From the human T2T-CHM13v2.0 reference genome, Homo sapiens, in assembly GCF_009914755.1 (NCBI RefSeq), contig NC_060927.1: DNA of 64,000 bases; one strand, written 5' to 3'. Position numbers and translations under genes: made by a program. The notes below the pieces were generated by a model. That model did no database searches, had not been told where the DNA came from, and saw nothing but the letters and a program-made list of their open reading frames with translations. This document shows positions 26,945 through 38,534 of this stretch, piece by piece. The stretch's first letter is position 1. The number at the start of each line of letters is the position of its first letter.

Positions 26945-27450
26945 TCCGTGGTTCTTGGTTGCAGACAATAGAATCTACCATAATCAGTTTAAGTAGTAGG
27001 GAATTATTGAGAAATGTTAGAAATGTAGCAGAACTTTTGGAAAGCCTGAGGGAATAGATTCTAGGTTGAGGTTACAATAATAATTTCATTCATGACACTG
27101 CAGATATGCCACTGCCCACACCACAACCACAGTACTTTTACTGGAGTACTGTGGCTTGTTCAGGCTTTTTCTTTGCCAAGTACAGAATCATGCTTGGTTC
27201 CATGACAAGAAAACTGCCACAACAGCTGACAGTATCAGATGCATGCCCTCTCTGCCACTCCACGCCTGGTGCCCTGGCTCACTCTTTATGTCTTGCTTCT
27301 AAGTTAAAGTCCCATACAAATCCACCTGATGAGTGGAAATTGCACTCATCACAAAGGAGAAATGTGTAGATCTTTTGAAATTCTGCCTTTGAAAGGTCCA
27401 CAATATAGGAATAAGGTTAAAAAGATTTGAGGCAGCCACAAATTACAGAC
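26945..27450 (-). mobile_element. Ancient MaLR-like LTR (late MLT1 type), subfamily uncertain
   Basis: TTCTTGGTTGCAGACAATAGAA...TTTAAGTAGTAGGGAATTATTG resembles the reverse 3' end of old MLT1 LTRs. Confidence 0.45.
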
Positions 27451-27684
27451 ACCTATTCTAAAACATTATTAAGCAAAACAAAACAAAGCAAATAAATAAA
27501 TAAAAACCCACCAAAACCCTTAATACTGTGGTGTAGTAAGTTTAGGATGGTTTTACTGTTATTGTGGATATAATTTGAAGTCTGAAGATCAGAATAAGAA
27601 AAATCAGAAAGTTAAGTGTCTAGCGAGCATTAAAATAATACAACAAAAAAAGAACTTGTTGGTTACCTGGTGCTGAATTAATCC

Positions 27685-27988
<304 letters not shown>

Positions 27989-29468
27989 TGAATTAATCTA
28001 ACTTAACAAATATTTTATACTTTCTTGATATGGCCTCTAATTCCACTCCAATATTAGAAGCCCAACTTAATCAGTTCAGGGGCATTAAAAAATCCTATCT
28101 GTAAGTTGCTAAGCAGTGGTTTAGACCACAAGGTCTGGAGCAAGCCAACAGAAATCCAAAGGTTTCAGCTCACATAGCTTTTAGGCAACGGAAATTTCCG
28201 ATTTATTTTGACAAAATTCTCTACAGAGAGTACACGTTGGCATGGTTAAATGAGAATGGCTTCCTCATAGAACAGTCTTACTTTTCTCTAGAAAATGACT
28301 AACTGGATATTGTCTCCAAAACTAAGCAGCTTCTTCCATTATTCATGTTGGATATAGATGAATACAGAGTAATATAAAAAATAATAATAATACAAATAAA
28401 AATATGTATAAATAAACACTGCAAAGAATAATATAAAAATACAGAGAGGTTTTGTCTAAAGTAAAATTTATTTTTACGCTTCATAAATAACATATATCAT
28501 TCACATTTGTGCTTCCCAGAGAATGAAAACATTGTAATGGAATATCTGAGGACCTAATTCAATTTTACCAGCTTACTTTCCTTTGGACCAAGGTAAACAT
28601 TTTATACAGATAACAACATGTGCTCAAAGTTCAAGCAAGCACATAATTGTTTAATGAAAACAATTAGTAGCATTAGAAAACACTTATCTTGATTTTTTTT
28701 CCATGCCTGTTAGTAGATGTATAGGAGAAGCTTTCACATAGACATTTATGGCTACTGCACTATTCCTTTCACAATTTATGTCTCTCAAAATATTTCCTAC
28801 AGCTTATCTCATCTTTATTCTAAGCAAAATCTCTAGATTGGACCTGTTTCCCCAATGTCCATTCTAATCTCTTCTCTTTTCTTATTCCTTATGGCTATAG
28901 CCACTTTTTGTCTTTTGTTTTCTTTTGTTGCTTCTACCTCATCTTTCCCTGTTGTGCTTTCTCTTTCTTGCTGTTGCTCAATTTGTGTTTCTTTTGAAAT
29001 AATTTTTATAAATTTTTTTGTAGATAGTACTCTCCCATGTAAATTCGGATAAGCTATTTGTCCAATAGACTTTTAGTACGGTCAGTCTGTTCAATGGTAA
29101 TTGTCGCCAAAAGGGTGGTATCCAGAAAATGCTGGAGTGATGGACCTTGCATGACTGAAATGGACACATATTCTTATCTCATGGGCTGAAAAATTTGACT
29201 TGAAGGGTTAAGAGAGTAGGTTTTCAATTCTAAATTTTAGATTAGCATCTAATAATACTGAAAAAAAAAAGGAAGAAAACGATTTATGTTTAAGAAAGTT
29301 TTCAAAGCAAAGATATGATAAAGACTAAATAAAAATATGTTCAATCTCACACAAAGGCTTTTTTAGGAAAGAGTAGGGCTGAAGGATGGGAGTATGGCTA
29401 AAACAGTATGTAGGAGGTGGTAGCATGACATAAATACTGTGAAGATTGGTTTTAGCTAGAAAAAGAAT

Positions 29469-29571
29469 GTTCATGCTCTTTAAGGATAATTACATTTTTT
29501 ACCCATTTATATTTCCTTATTCTGGTAAATAAGGAAATACAAATGGGTAATTATCCTTAGAGAGAATGAAC
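29469..29571. repeat. Imperfect inverted repeat (44-bp stem, 6-nt loop)
   Basis: 29469-29521 is the reverse complement of 29528-29571 with 3 substitutions and one 9-nt bulge. Confidence 0.9.
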
Positions 29572-29767
29572 TCTGAAAACAAAATGATTTTCATTGATTG
29601 ATTTTTGATATAGGATAGTTTCTGTTTAGCTTATCTGGCAAACAATGTAATATTGCTATTAGCTCCAGAGGGTTTCCTCAAAAGTTTCATTTGCAAGACA
29701 GAGGGGAGAGAGAGAGAGAGACAGAGACAGAGCACTTCATCATGAATTCTGCTGGATGTTGCAGATT

Positions 29768-30314
29768 TGTAGGGAAGAAAAAAGTAATATCTTTTCCTCA
29801 TCCATCACAATGTTCATAGCTGAGACTCCTGTAAGAAAAGACAGATTAACAAGAGAAAATAATACACATTTATTCAATATAAATTTTATGTGACACAGGA
29901 GCTTTCAGAAATGAAGATCTAAAGAAACAGGGAGATCTGTGTATTTTTATGGACTGTCATGCAGAAGTGTGTTTGGAGGACAAAGGGTATGATCTAATGC
30001 TAATAAACTGATGGGGATGGGGAGATACTTAGCAAGGCCCCTTGGTTCAGTTTTTTCTTAGTATCCCTGTGTGACATTCCTTCCCTCCAGGAATAGGACA
30101 GGACAATTGTCACATAAGGGTCTTCAGGGGAAAGGGGTGGGAGAAGGTTAGAGAGTGACCTTCTTGGATTTTCTGGCCTCCTTCAGGAACGAAGGGGCAA
30201 GGAGAATTTTAATCTCTATATCCTACTTCAGGGGGAAAAGGGGTGAGAGAAGGTCGGGGAGACCTTGCTGCTTCTGTTTTCATGCCTAGGGGTGCCATTT
30301 TCTGCACCCCATCA
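29768..30314 (-). mobile_element. ERV1 solo LTR, MER34-family-like
   Basis: TG...CA ends; AAAAGACAGATTAACAAGAGAAAA, GGGTATGATCTAATG, CTTAGCAAGGCC; 4-bp flanks GATT/GGTT. Confidence 0.75.
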
Positions 30315-30459
30315 GGTTGCAAAGACAAATACAGCATAGCTGTCTTTGGGCTTTTATTCTAGCAAAAAATCAACCCTCTGAGAGGGACTAACTTTATCCG
30401 TCTCAAGCATCAAGGAATTCTTCATGGAAGAATTACTGCCTGAACATGTTTTAAAGAAA

Positions 30460-30757
30460 TGTTTCTTAATTCTTGTTGAATATTAGAAACAAATCGCCTG
30501 TGAAGTGTTTAAATTACACCAGTGTCTGAACATCTTATGAGCCTGCCCATCATCCTCTCCAAGATCCTATATTATTCTAATGGAATTATTCTAATTCCTA
30601 CGTTATTCTACTGTAATGTAGGCTGGGTTGAGAACCACCAGTATAGTGTCCATTATTTGGACCAGAAATAGCTTGGTTCTCAGAATCTCAGAGCTTGGCA
30701 TACTTTTGAACAAGTACCTCAAATGATGCTTGTATACCTGGAAGTTTGAAAACTTTA
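30460..30757. mobile_element. Degenerate MER5-like MITE fragments
   Basis: AATCGCCTGTGAAG...GGGTTGAGAACCAC; CAGAATCTC...AACAAGTACCTCAAATGATGCT...AAGTTTGAAAAC. Confidence 0.5.
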
Positions 30758-30759
30758 AA

Positions 30760-31180
30760 TGATAGACAAACCTTTACTAGGTGGATTGAAGAAGGTAGAA
30801 GAAGGCATCCAAGGTAGGGGCAATAGCTTGTGCAAACCCACAGAGGTGTCAAACTGGATGGTGGATAATGAAGCTAAAGATTAAAAGAAGGGTCACTACT
30901 ATGGAGAAGGTATTATGCCAACAAATGAACCTGACCCTTGCCAGGCAGATGAGTAGAGCCACTGACAGATTTAAAGGCCAGAGTAATATGCTCAGAGACA
31001 AATTTAGAAGGATCATTCTGGTGACAGTGTGTAGGAAGGACTGTAGAAAGGAAGACCAATATGGAGACTATTGAAAAATTCAGGTGGTAAATGAAACTAT
31101 GATAAAAAAAAAAGTTCCATATACATTAAAGATGAAAGATGATAGAGTGTGGAGATTTATTGAGGAATATAATAATCTAT
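30760..31180 (-). mobile_element. L2 fragment
   Basis: GGCATCCAAGGTAGGGGCAATAGCTTGTGCAAA; GAGCCACTGACAGATTTAAAG; TTTAGAAGGATCATTCTGG. Confidence 0.7.
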
Positions 31181-32519
31181 GAGAACTTCCATGTTTGTTT
31201 GCCTGTTTGTTGCTTGGATGTCAACACCCGAGTTTTCTACTTTACATGTAACTAAAGAGAATAACACAAACTCAATCTATTTCCTCTATGAATGTTAAAT
31301 AAATATATACGAATGCAAAATAATTCATTATATTGACATTGATAGGTAGAAAAATGGAGACACTATCAGTCACTTAATGAACTTTTAGGTGCTGGCAAGA
31401 AATCTAAGTCAATTGTTGGTTAATTGTAGGGTTAAGAGTCGCATGCAATCGACTAAATTGAAATTGAGCTTTGGGAATAGAGTTTTGAAAATTCAGATGC
31501 AGTGTGACAAGGCTGAAAGGTAAAATCAGTTATTTTCTGACCATTCTAGGTTTTATTAAACTGACCTAGAACTGCTTGGAAACAGCTGTGATTACGAACT
31601 GGATATCTCATGGCTTTTCTTATTATGTCAGATTTTCTCTACAGCTAGAACTGGAGGCAATTTCATTTCTGAGTGTTTTTTTTTGGTTGAATCATATTTC
31701 ATAATTTAATAACAATATGTGAGAAATAACTAGTAAAATTGTTTTAAGGAATGCTGTGAATATAAAATATGTACAGACACATAATAATATACTTAATGAA
31801 CTATAAAAATAAAAGGGTAGATTAATATCCTGTGAAACTCTAGTAAGTTAATTATGATACAAAGAGAGACAAAGGCATATGTATTTCACTTAGCTCTGTG
31901 TGGGAAGGAAATTTCTCATATCCTGGTTCATAGGTGATCACTGGCTGTGCTGAATCACAGGAAAAGAACGGCTGATGTTCATTAGGGACAGAGGGGGGAA
32001 ATTAAAAATGAAGCAATTATGGCAAATGCATGTGTTGTTTTCATTCATTTATTTAAATATTTTAATGACTCCCAAGTGATATATATAGTATGAAATAAAA
32101 TCATCTAAAATTGAGTAAAGTCATTTTTTGGAGAATTATATTTACATAAAATGATAGTCACTAGAAATTGGAAAATTTTCATGGATTGCCAAATAAAGTA
32201 TGTAAGTCAATACATAATAGGAAGAGGATTAGTTCATTTGTTACTTTTTTATTTAAATAAAACTAGTTTAATGAAAATAGCCACATCATTTCTAAACATA
32301 AGAAAAATTCATACTCATTTCAAACTTTTCAGAAAATTATGAAGAAGAAAAGAATGGTCCTTTTTTTTTTTCTGTCTCTACCCAGAAATAATTACTAGTA
32401 CTGTTTTAGCTATGCACCTGTAAAAAACAGTCTGGGAGGTTATCTGACTTTAGTTATTTGTATAGCCTGCTTTTTCTGTTACTAATGTGGTGTATAGACT
32501 TTTTAATGTTAACCATTTT

Positions 32520-32767
32520 TATTTTATTTTTTATTTTTCCCTCTATTTCCCAGTTCCACCAAGCACCTCAGCCTTTCCTAGTTAAGGATCCCAGAATATC
32601 CCATCACTCTCACATTCTCCTTTCCTTACTAAGGATCTTTCTCCCCACAGGCTTAATTCCCCCAGACACACACCCACACACACACACACACACACGCACA
32701 CACAATGCAGGATCCCACAACGGCCACCTGCTTTCCATTTTTCTAAATTTGCCACTAACAAGATCTG
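32520..32767 (-). other. Putative retroposed orphan insert (non-Alu, non-L1) with A-rich tail, 16-bp TSD and internal (CA)n
   Basis: Flanks TAATGTTAACCATTTT (32504-32519) and TAACGTTAACCATTTT (32768-32783); T-rich tract 32520-32538; more GC-rich than surroundings. Confidence 0.65.
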
Positions 32768-32783
32768 TAACGTTAACCATTTT

Positions 32784-34400
32784 GTAAACCCCTTAATATT
32801 CCATTTTAAATGGTTGTAAGCCCCCTACTATTGGATATTGAGTTCTTACCATTTAAAAAAAACGTAAACAAAACTGCAATAACCACCACTGTGTATATAC
32901 TGTCACAAACATCTAATTACTTACATAGGATAACTAATTTAGTAACATCTGATTATATTACTAAATTGACATTTAGAAAGGTGTCAGTATATAATTTACA
33001 CCAATATTGATATGGAAAATGTTAAAGTCCTAACCAATTTCATAGCTGAAAAATATCTACTTAAATAGCTCTTAACAGGACTTTTTAGTATTTAAATACT
33101 TTTTATATGTGATCCTGCCCATCACTAGTTTCCATGGCTTTATTGTGCATTATAAATTTTTATGTAAATCAACGTGTCAATGTTTTCTACAGAAAGTTGT
33201 TCCCACCTTAAAATTATAAAAATTATTTCCCAAACTTTCTTTCGTTATATGATTCTTTGCAATTAAATCATCAACTCATTTGAGACTTTTGGTTTATGGT
33301 ATGAGAAAAAAATACAATATTTGTAAACTGGAATAAAATGGTCCCAATGTCATTTATTCTTTAATTCATACTCTCTTCACTACTAAAGAAATTCAGTTTT
33401 ATTACATATTAAATACTCATACATGCTTGAATCTGTTTCCGTAGCCGTTAGTATATTCCATTTTTTTCTTATTCCTGAATCAATAGCAGTTTAATTAATT
33501 ATATTCTTATGTTTCTTATACTTGATAGACCAATCCTTTTCATTTTCTTTTATTTTAAATTATTTTCTGGTTATACTCACGTACTTAGTGTTCCAATGAA
33601 TTTAAAATAATCTTATACTTTTTTTCTCCAGTTTAATTATGGAATTAATTAGTATTCATTATACTTATAGGTCAACTTGTAGAAAATTTGTATCTGTAAA
33701 ATACATAGTGATACCATCCAAGAACATGGCCTGTGACTCTGCACATTAAGGTTCTAACTCTTAAATTAAATTTTTGAAGTTTAAGAAATCTGTACACCTG
33801 TACAACTTTTAAAACTTTACAACTGTAAAACTACATACAATAGTATGTTGTAAAGAACATCATTACTGCCTGCTTTTATTAGGTTTATTCCAAAGTGGGT
33901 TTTTTCCCATTTTTTTTTATTTTGTTGATATTGCTATTGTGGATAAATTTATTCTTCTAATATAATTAGAAAGTAATTTTTCAAATTAATTTGAAATTCA
34001 CTATCCTACTGAATTCTTGGTGTTTCTGAAGACTTAATTTTTTTAGATTTATCTTGTATCAGATAACTTGTGAATTATACCACATTCACTCTATTCTTTC
34101 AATATTTATAAGTTCTATTACACAATTTGTTTTCTGAAGCAAAATTAAAACTAGTAGTGTTAGTATGTAAGCTCATTTGATCCTTGACTTTAATGGGATT
34201 GTCTGCTGTAATCTGCTACTGGGCATAAAGTTTGCTATACATACACATACATACACACCCAATGATGAATTTTATAATAAATTTTTTTCTGTAATTAATT
34301 GATGTGAAATTTTTTCAAGCCATTAATATGATGAACACCATAGATAACATATTCTCGTGTCTCCAATAGATAATTATAAAATTCCTGTGCATTCTCCACA
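32784..34400 (-). mobile_element. Very old L1M/L1ME-like fragments (also left of the insert, from ~32350)
   Basis: T-rich degenerate L1 antisense motifs (TTAAATCATCAACTCATTTGAG, CCATCCAAGAACATGG, TCCTTGACTTTAATGGGA); boundaries approximate. Confidence 0.55.
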
Positions 34401-34593
34401 ACAATTTTGATCCTTTTTTGTCTAACTCAGTGATCTCCAAATTGGGATCATACACTCAGGTAAGTGAGAAAAAATATATTACAACTGTAAATTCAATTAT
34501 CTATGTCTTTTTAAAACAACTGCCTGGATTTTTGTAGAGCATTACATCTATTTTCATATTAAATCATTTAAAATTTTATTTTAAATTGACTGA

Positions 34594-34948
34594 TATATTA
34601 GTCTGTTTTCACACTGCTATAAACATACTACCTGAGACTGGATAATTTATTTTTAAAAAGGAGGTTTAATTGACTCAAAATGTGGCATGGCTGGGGATGG
34701 GGAAGGAAGACATGTCTTACATGGTGGCAGGAGAGAGAGAACATAGGAAAACTTGCCACTCTTGAAACCATCAGTTCTCATGAGAACTCCCTCACTATCA
34801 TGAGAACAGCACTGGGGAAACCACCCCCATGATACAATTACCTTCTACCAGGTCCCTCCCTGGACATGTGAAGATTACAATTTGAGATGAGATTTGGTGG
34901 GTGGGGCGGTGGGGGCGGGGAGGACAGGACACATAGCCAAACATATCA
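34594..34948 (-). mobile_element. MSTA/THE1-family MaLR solo LTR with internal deletion
   Basis: TATTAGTCTGTTTTCACACTGCTATAAA, GAGGTTTAATTGACTCA, CTCACTATCATGAGAACAGCA, GATTACAATTTGAGATGAGATTTGG...ATATCA. Confidence 0.9.
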
Positions 34949-35400
34949 AGTAATAATTATAAATATTTAGGTGGTACAATGTGATGCTTTGATATATGTT
35001 TACATTGTGAAATGCTTTTTAACTAAATAAGCAAATATTAGGTTTGCACACTCAATATTTTCATCTTGCGCTGGTCCCAGATAAGCAAGAAGAGATGCTG
35101 AACTTTCACTGTTTTCCTGAACAATGGAGAAATTATCTCCCTTCGTGAAATGTTACTTTCTGAGGTCAGTCTTCTCAACCTATAGTCGATTTTTACAATT
35201 ATAATTTTTTTCTTTCAATCACATTGATTACATTGATGCTGTGACATTTGCTACATGAATATCTGTTTATAAAACTGAATTTCATACGACCTATAAAGAA
35301 TAAAAATGCCCATATTTCAACTTAATGTTTTGACAGTACATATTTTCTGATATTAATACTGTGTATATTACTTTTATTTTTTAAATTTGCCTGTTTGGGG

Positions 35401-35697
35401 TTTTTTTTGTTTGTTTTTTGAGACAGAGTCTTGCTCGGTCACCCAGGCTGGAGTGCAGTGGCCACCTTGGCCGCTGCAGCCTCTGCCTCCAGATTTCAAG
35501 TGATTCTCCTGCCTCAGCCTCCTGAGTAACTGGGACTGCAGGCACACACCCCCACGCCCAGCTAATTTTTGTATTTTTAGTAGACATGGAGTTTCTCCAT
35601 GTCGGCCAGGCTGGTCTCAAACTCCTGATCTCAGGTGATCCGCCCGCCTAGGCCTCCCAAAATACTGAGATCACAGGTGTGAGCCACCACACCCGGC
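35401..35697 (-). mobile_element. Alu SINE, AluS
   Basis: Complete dimer; TGCCTGTT on both flanks (35388-35395 / 35698-35705). Confidence 0.94.
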
Positions 35698-37487
35698 TGC
35701 CTGTTGTATTTTTACCTGCTCATTTTTGAGGTACTTTAAGTTCTGCATTATGCTTAACAAAAAAATACTAAACATAATCCCAATGTTAGTGAATATACTG
35801 TCACAACTATTTTAAATATTATTTGAGAAGAGATACCCAATAATAGAATCAATAAATCTGAACAGGGTAAGGCACAAGTATTATTTACAGATTTTATGAT
35901 TCATAAAGTCCATCTTCTCAAATTTGCTTAAGGCCCCAGAGGCACTTTTTTCTAAATGTGCCTTTTGTATTTTGGAGTAAGCATTCCAAATATCCTCTTC
36001 ATTTTTCTTTTATATGTAACGTTGCTTTCTCCCCTTGGGTGATATTTTTCATTGACTCCATGGGCGTTTTATTTCCTGCTTCTTCCTCATAGCTGTAATG
36101 GAGCTGGGCATTTGGCCAGGATTTGGATGGGTGGACCCTCACTGAACTCTCTCCTAGCTAACCCGGTTCACCCTTAGACTTTCAGCTGGAAAACTGGCTG
36201 CAGTTTATTATTTGTGTTTAGTCATTTAGCTGTCACACGTGCTGAAGGAACATGTGCTGGGAGGTGGGGCCGCTTGAGTTAGAACAGCAGCAGGTCATGT
36301 TTTCTCTGATCACCCTCCTCTGTCTTTGACTGTGCGATTCCATCTGCACCTATGCCAGGTTAGGATTCTTCCTGATCTCTGTAGTTTGACAAGAACACCT
36401 CGGTCTAACTAGAAGCAGTGGGTGCAAAACTTGTGGCTCAAATCCTTTTCTTTATTGTTTCATTTACTTGCATATTAATGATTTTTTTGTTTTCCAAAGA
36501 AAATCCTTTGGGCAAATAGAAGTTGCCTAGTTTATCAATCGTTATAAAACCTTCTGTTTTAGCAGGATGTATCTCAATTATTTAATTTTAGCTAGGGGAA
36601 TTAATTTGAATTAAATTAAATTAATTCCCCTCAAAAAAATTGTTTGAGGGAAGGATCTTAGCCTGAAATGACCATAGTCAATACTAAAAAGGTCTCATAC
36701 ACAGTTTCAGCACTTGTTTCCTGGAAAGTATGAGATATGTGGGCTGTCATTATAAATAAATCTTTTAATACTTGTAAGTTAACCTCAGAAAGCAATACAG
36801 AAGAAAAGAAGAAAGCAACTGAGTAAATAGTTACCTTTACAAATTATAAATATAAACCTACATATAAAAAGAATGAGAAAATAGTGACTACCCTAACGGT
36901 ACTTGAATGGGTTCTATTAACAAGGCAAATTTTCCACTGGTAATACCTTAAATAGATTTAAAATATTCTGTCTCATTTAAAAAAATATGGAAGTAGAGAT
37001 GATATTATTTGAAAAGTGGGTGACTTAAAACTATTAATAGCTCAATGATGAAGACATTGTTGATGATGCGAAAAGCTTGAAAACAATTGTTTAAGTTAAG
37101 ATTTTAAAATATTTTTAAGTTACCATCTACTCATCATTTCTGCATGTATTCATGGAACTAACTCTACAGGGAAATTAACTTTAAAGTAGATATTTGACAT
37201 TTTACTCATATATCTAAAAATTGCTAAAGTCAAGTTGGCTAGGAATTTTTGAATCTTCTGTTTTGGGTAGGAAAATATGAATGGCTTTGCTGAGATCTCC
37301 CTTAAAGACTTTACTTTGTTATTTCTTGAAACAGAGTAAGCAGCCCAGCTTCTAATATTGGTGGAACCCAATGGAAGAGAACAAAGGGAGTCCCACTGCC
37401 ACATATAGTGATTATCTAAATTTATTTTTAAAATCTGACAATTAAATAAAATATATTACTCTCATTTTACATTGAAATATACCTTCA

Positions 37488-37797
37488 CCCATTGTGGTGG
37501 CTCATGCCTGTAATCCCAGCACTTTGGGAGGCTGAGACGGGAAGATCACATGAGCTCAGGAGTTCAAGACTAGTCTGGGCAACATGATGAAACCCAGTCT
37601 CCACCAAAAATACAAAAAAATTAGCCAGGTATGATGGCACACCCCTGTGGTCCCAGCTACTCAGGAGGCTGAAGTGGGAGGACTGCTTGAGCCCAGGAGG
37701 TGGAGGCTGCAGTCAGCTGAGATTGAGCTACTGCACTCCATCCTAAGAGACAGAGTGAGATCCTGTCTCAAGAAAAAAAAAAAAAAAAACCCGCCAA
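37488..37797 (+). mobile_element. Alu SINE, AluJ (Jb-like)
   Basis: GGGAGGACTGCTTGAGCCCAGG and GAGGCTGCAGT J-type diagnostics; perfect TSD AAATATACCTTCA (37475-37487 / 37798-37810). Confidence 0.94.
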
Positions 37798-38120
37798 AAA
37801 TATACCTTCATAAAAACAAAAATTTAAAAAAATACTGCAAAGCAATTGTTTTCATGTGCCTGGAAAGTCAGCAAATACTAACAAATTATGATACTTTAAT
37901 ACTGTACATATTTGAGTGATCTGGTAGTAGGTCAGGAATGTTTAAATGAGTAATAAAATAAAGGCCAGCAGTGTTAATAAATTCTTATTGCTCTTATTTC
38001 AGCAAAATTCCCAGTTATCGTGTTAATATAATTGAGATGTTTTATGTAATTTGTGTTGTGAGTATAATGTTAAATTTGACAATCTTTCTGAAAGCATGGT
38101 AGGCCCTAGTTTTCATTAAC

Positions 38121-38424
38121 TTTTTTATTTTGTTTTTGACATGGAATCTTGCTCTGTTGTCCAGGCTGGAGTGCAGTGGTGAGATCTTAGCTCACTGCAA
38201 CCTCGGCCTCCTGGGTACAAGTGATTCTCTTACCTCAGCTTCAGCCTGCCTAGTAACTGGGATTACAAGCATGTGCCACCATGCTTGGTTTATTTTGTAT
38301 TTTTAGTAAAGATGGGGTTTCACCATGTTGGCCAGGCTGGTCTCGAACTCCTGACCTCAAGTGACCCAGCTGCCTCAGCCTCCCAAAGTGCTGGCATTAC
38401 AGGCATGAGCCACCAGACCTGGCC
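38121..38424 (-). mobile_element. Alu SINE, AluSx/Sz-like
   Basis: Complete dimer on the reverse strand; CCTGACCTCAAGTGA. Confidence 0.94.
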
Positions 38425-38489
38425 TTAATTTTGAAGAAACTTCACTTTGCTAAGCTTTACATACCATGCATTATAGGTTGAATCAAACT

Positions 38490-38534
38490 ATAGTTTGTAG
38501 TACTTTGTTACGGCAGCCCTAGCAAACTAATACA
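38490..38534 (+). mobile_element. MLT LTR 3'-terminal fragment
   Basis: AGTTTGTAGTACTTTGTTACGGCAGCCCTAGCAAACTAATACA matches the MLT1 terminus. Confidence 0.65.
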
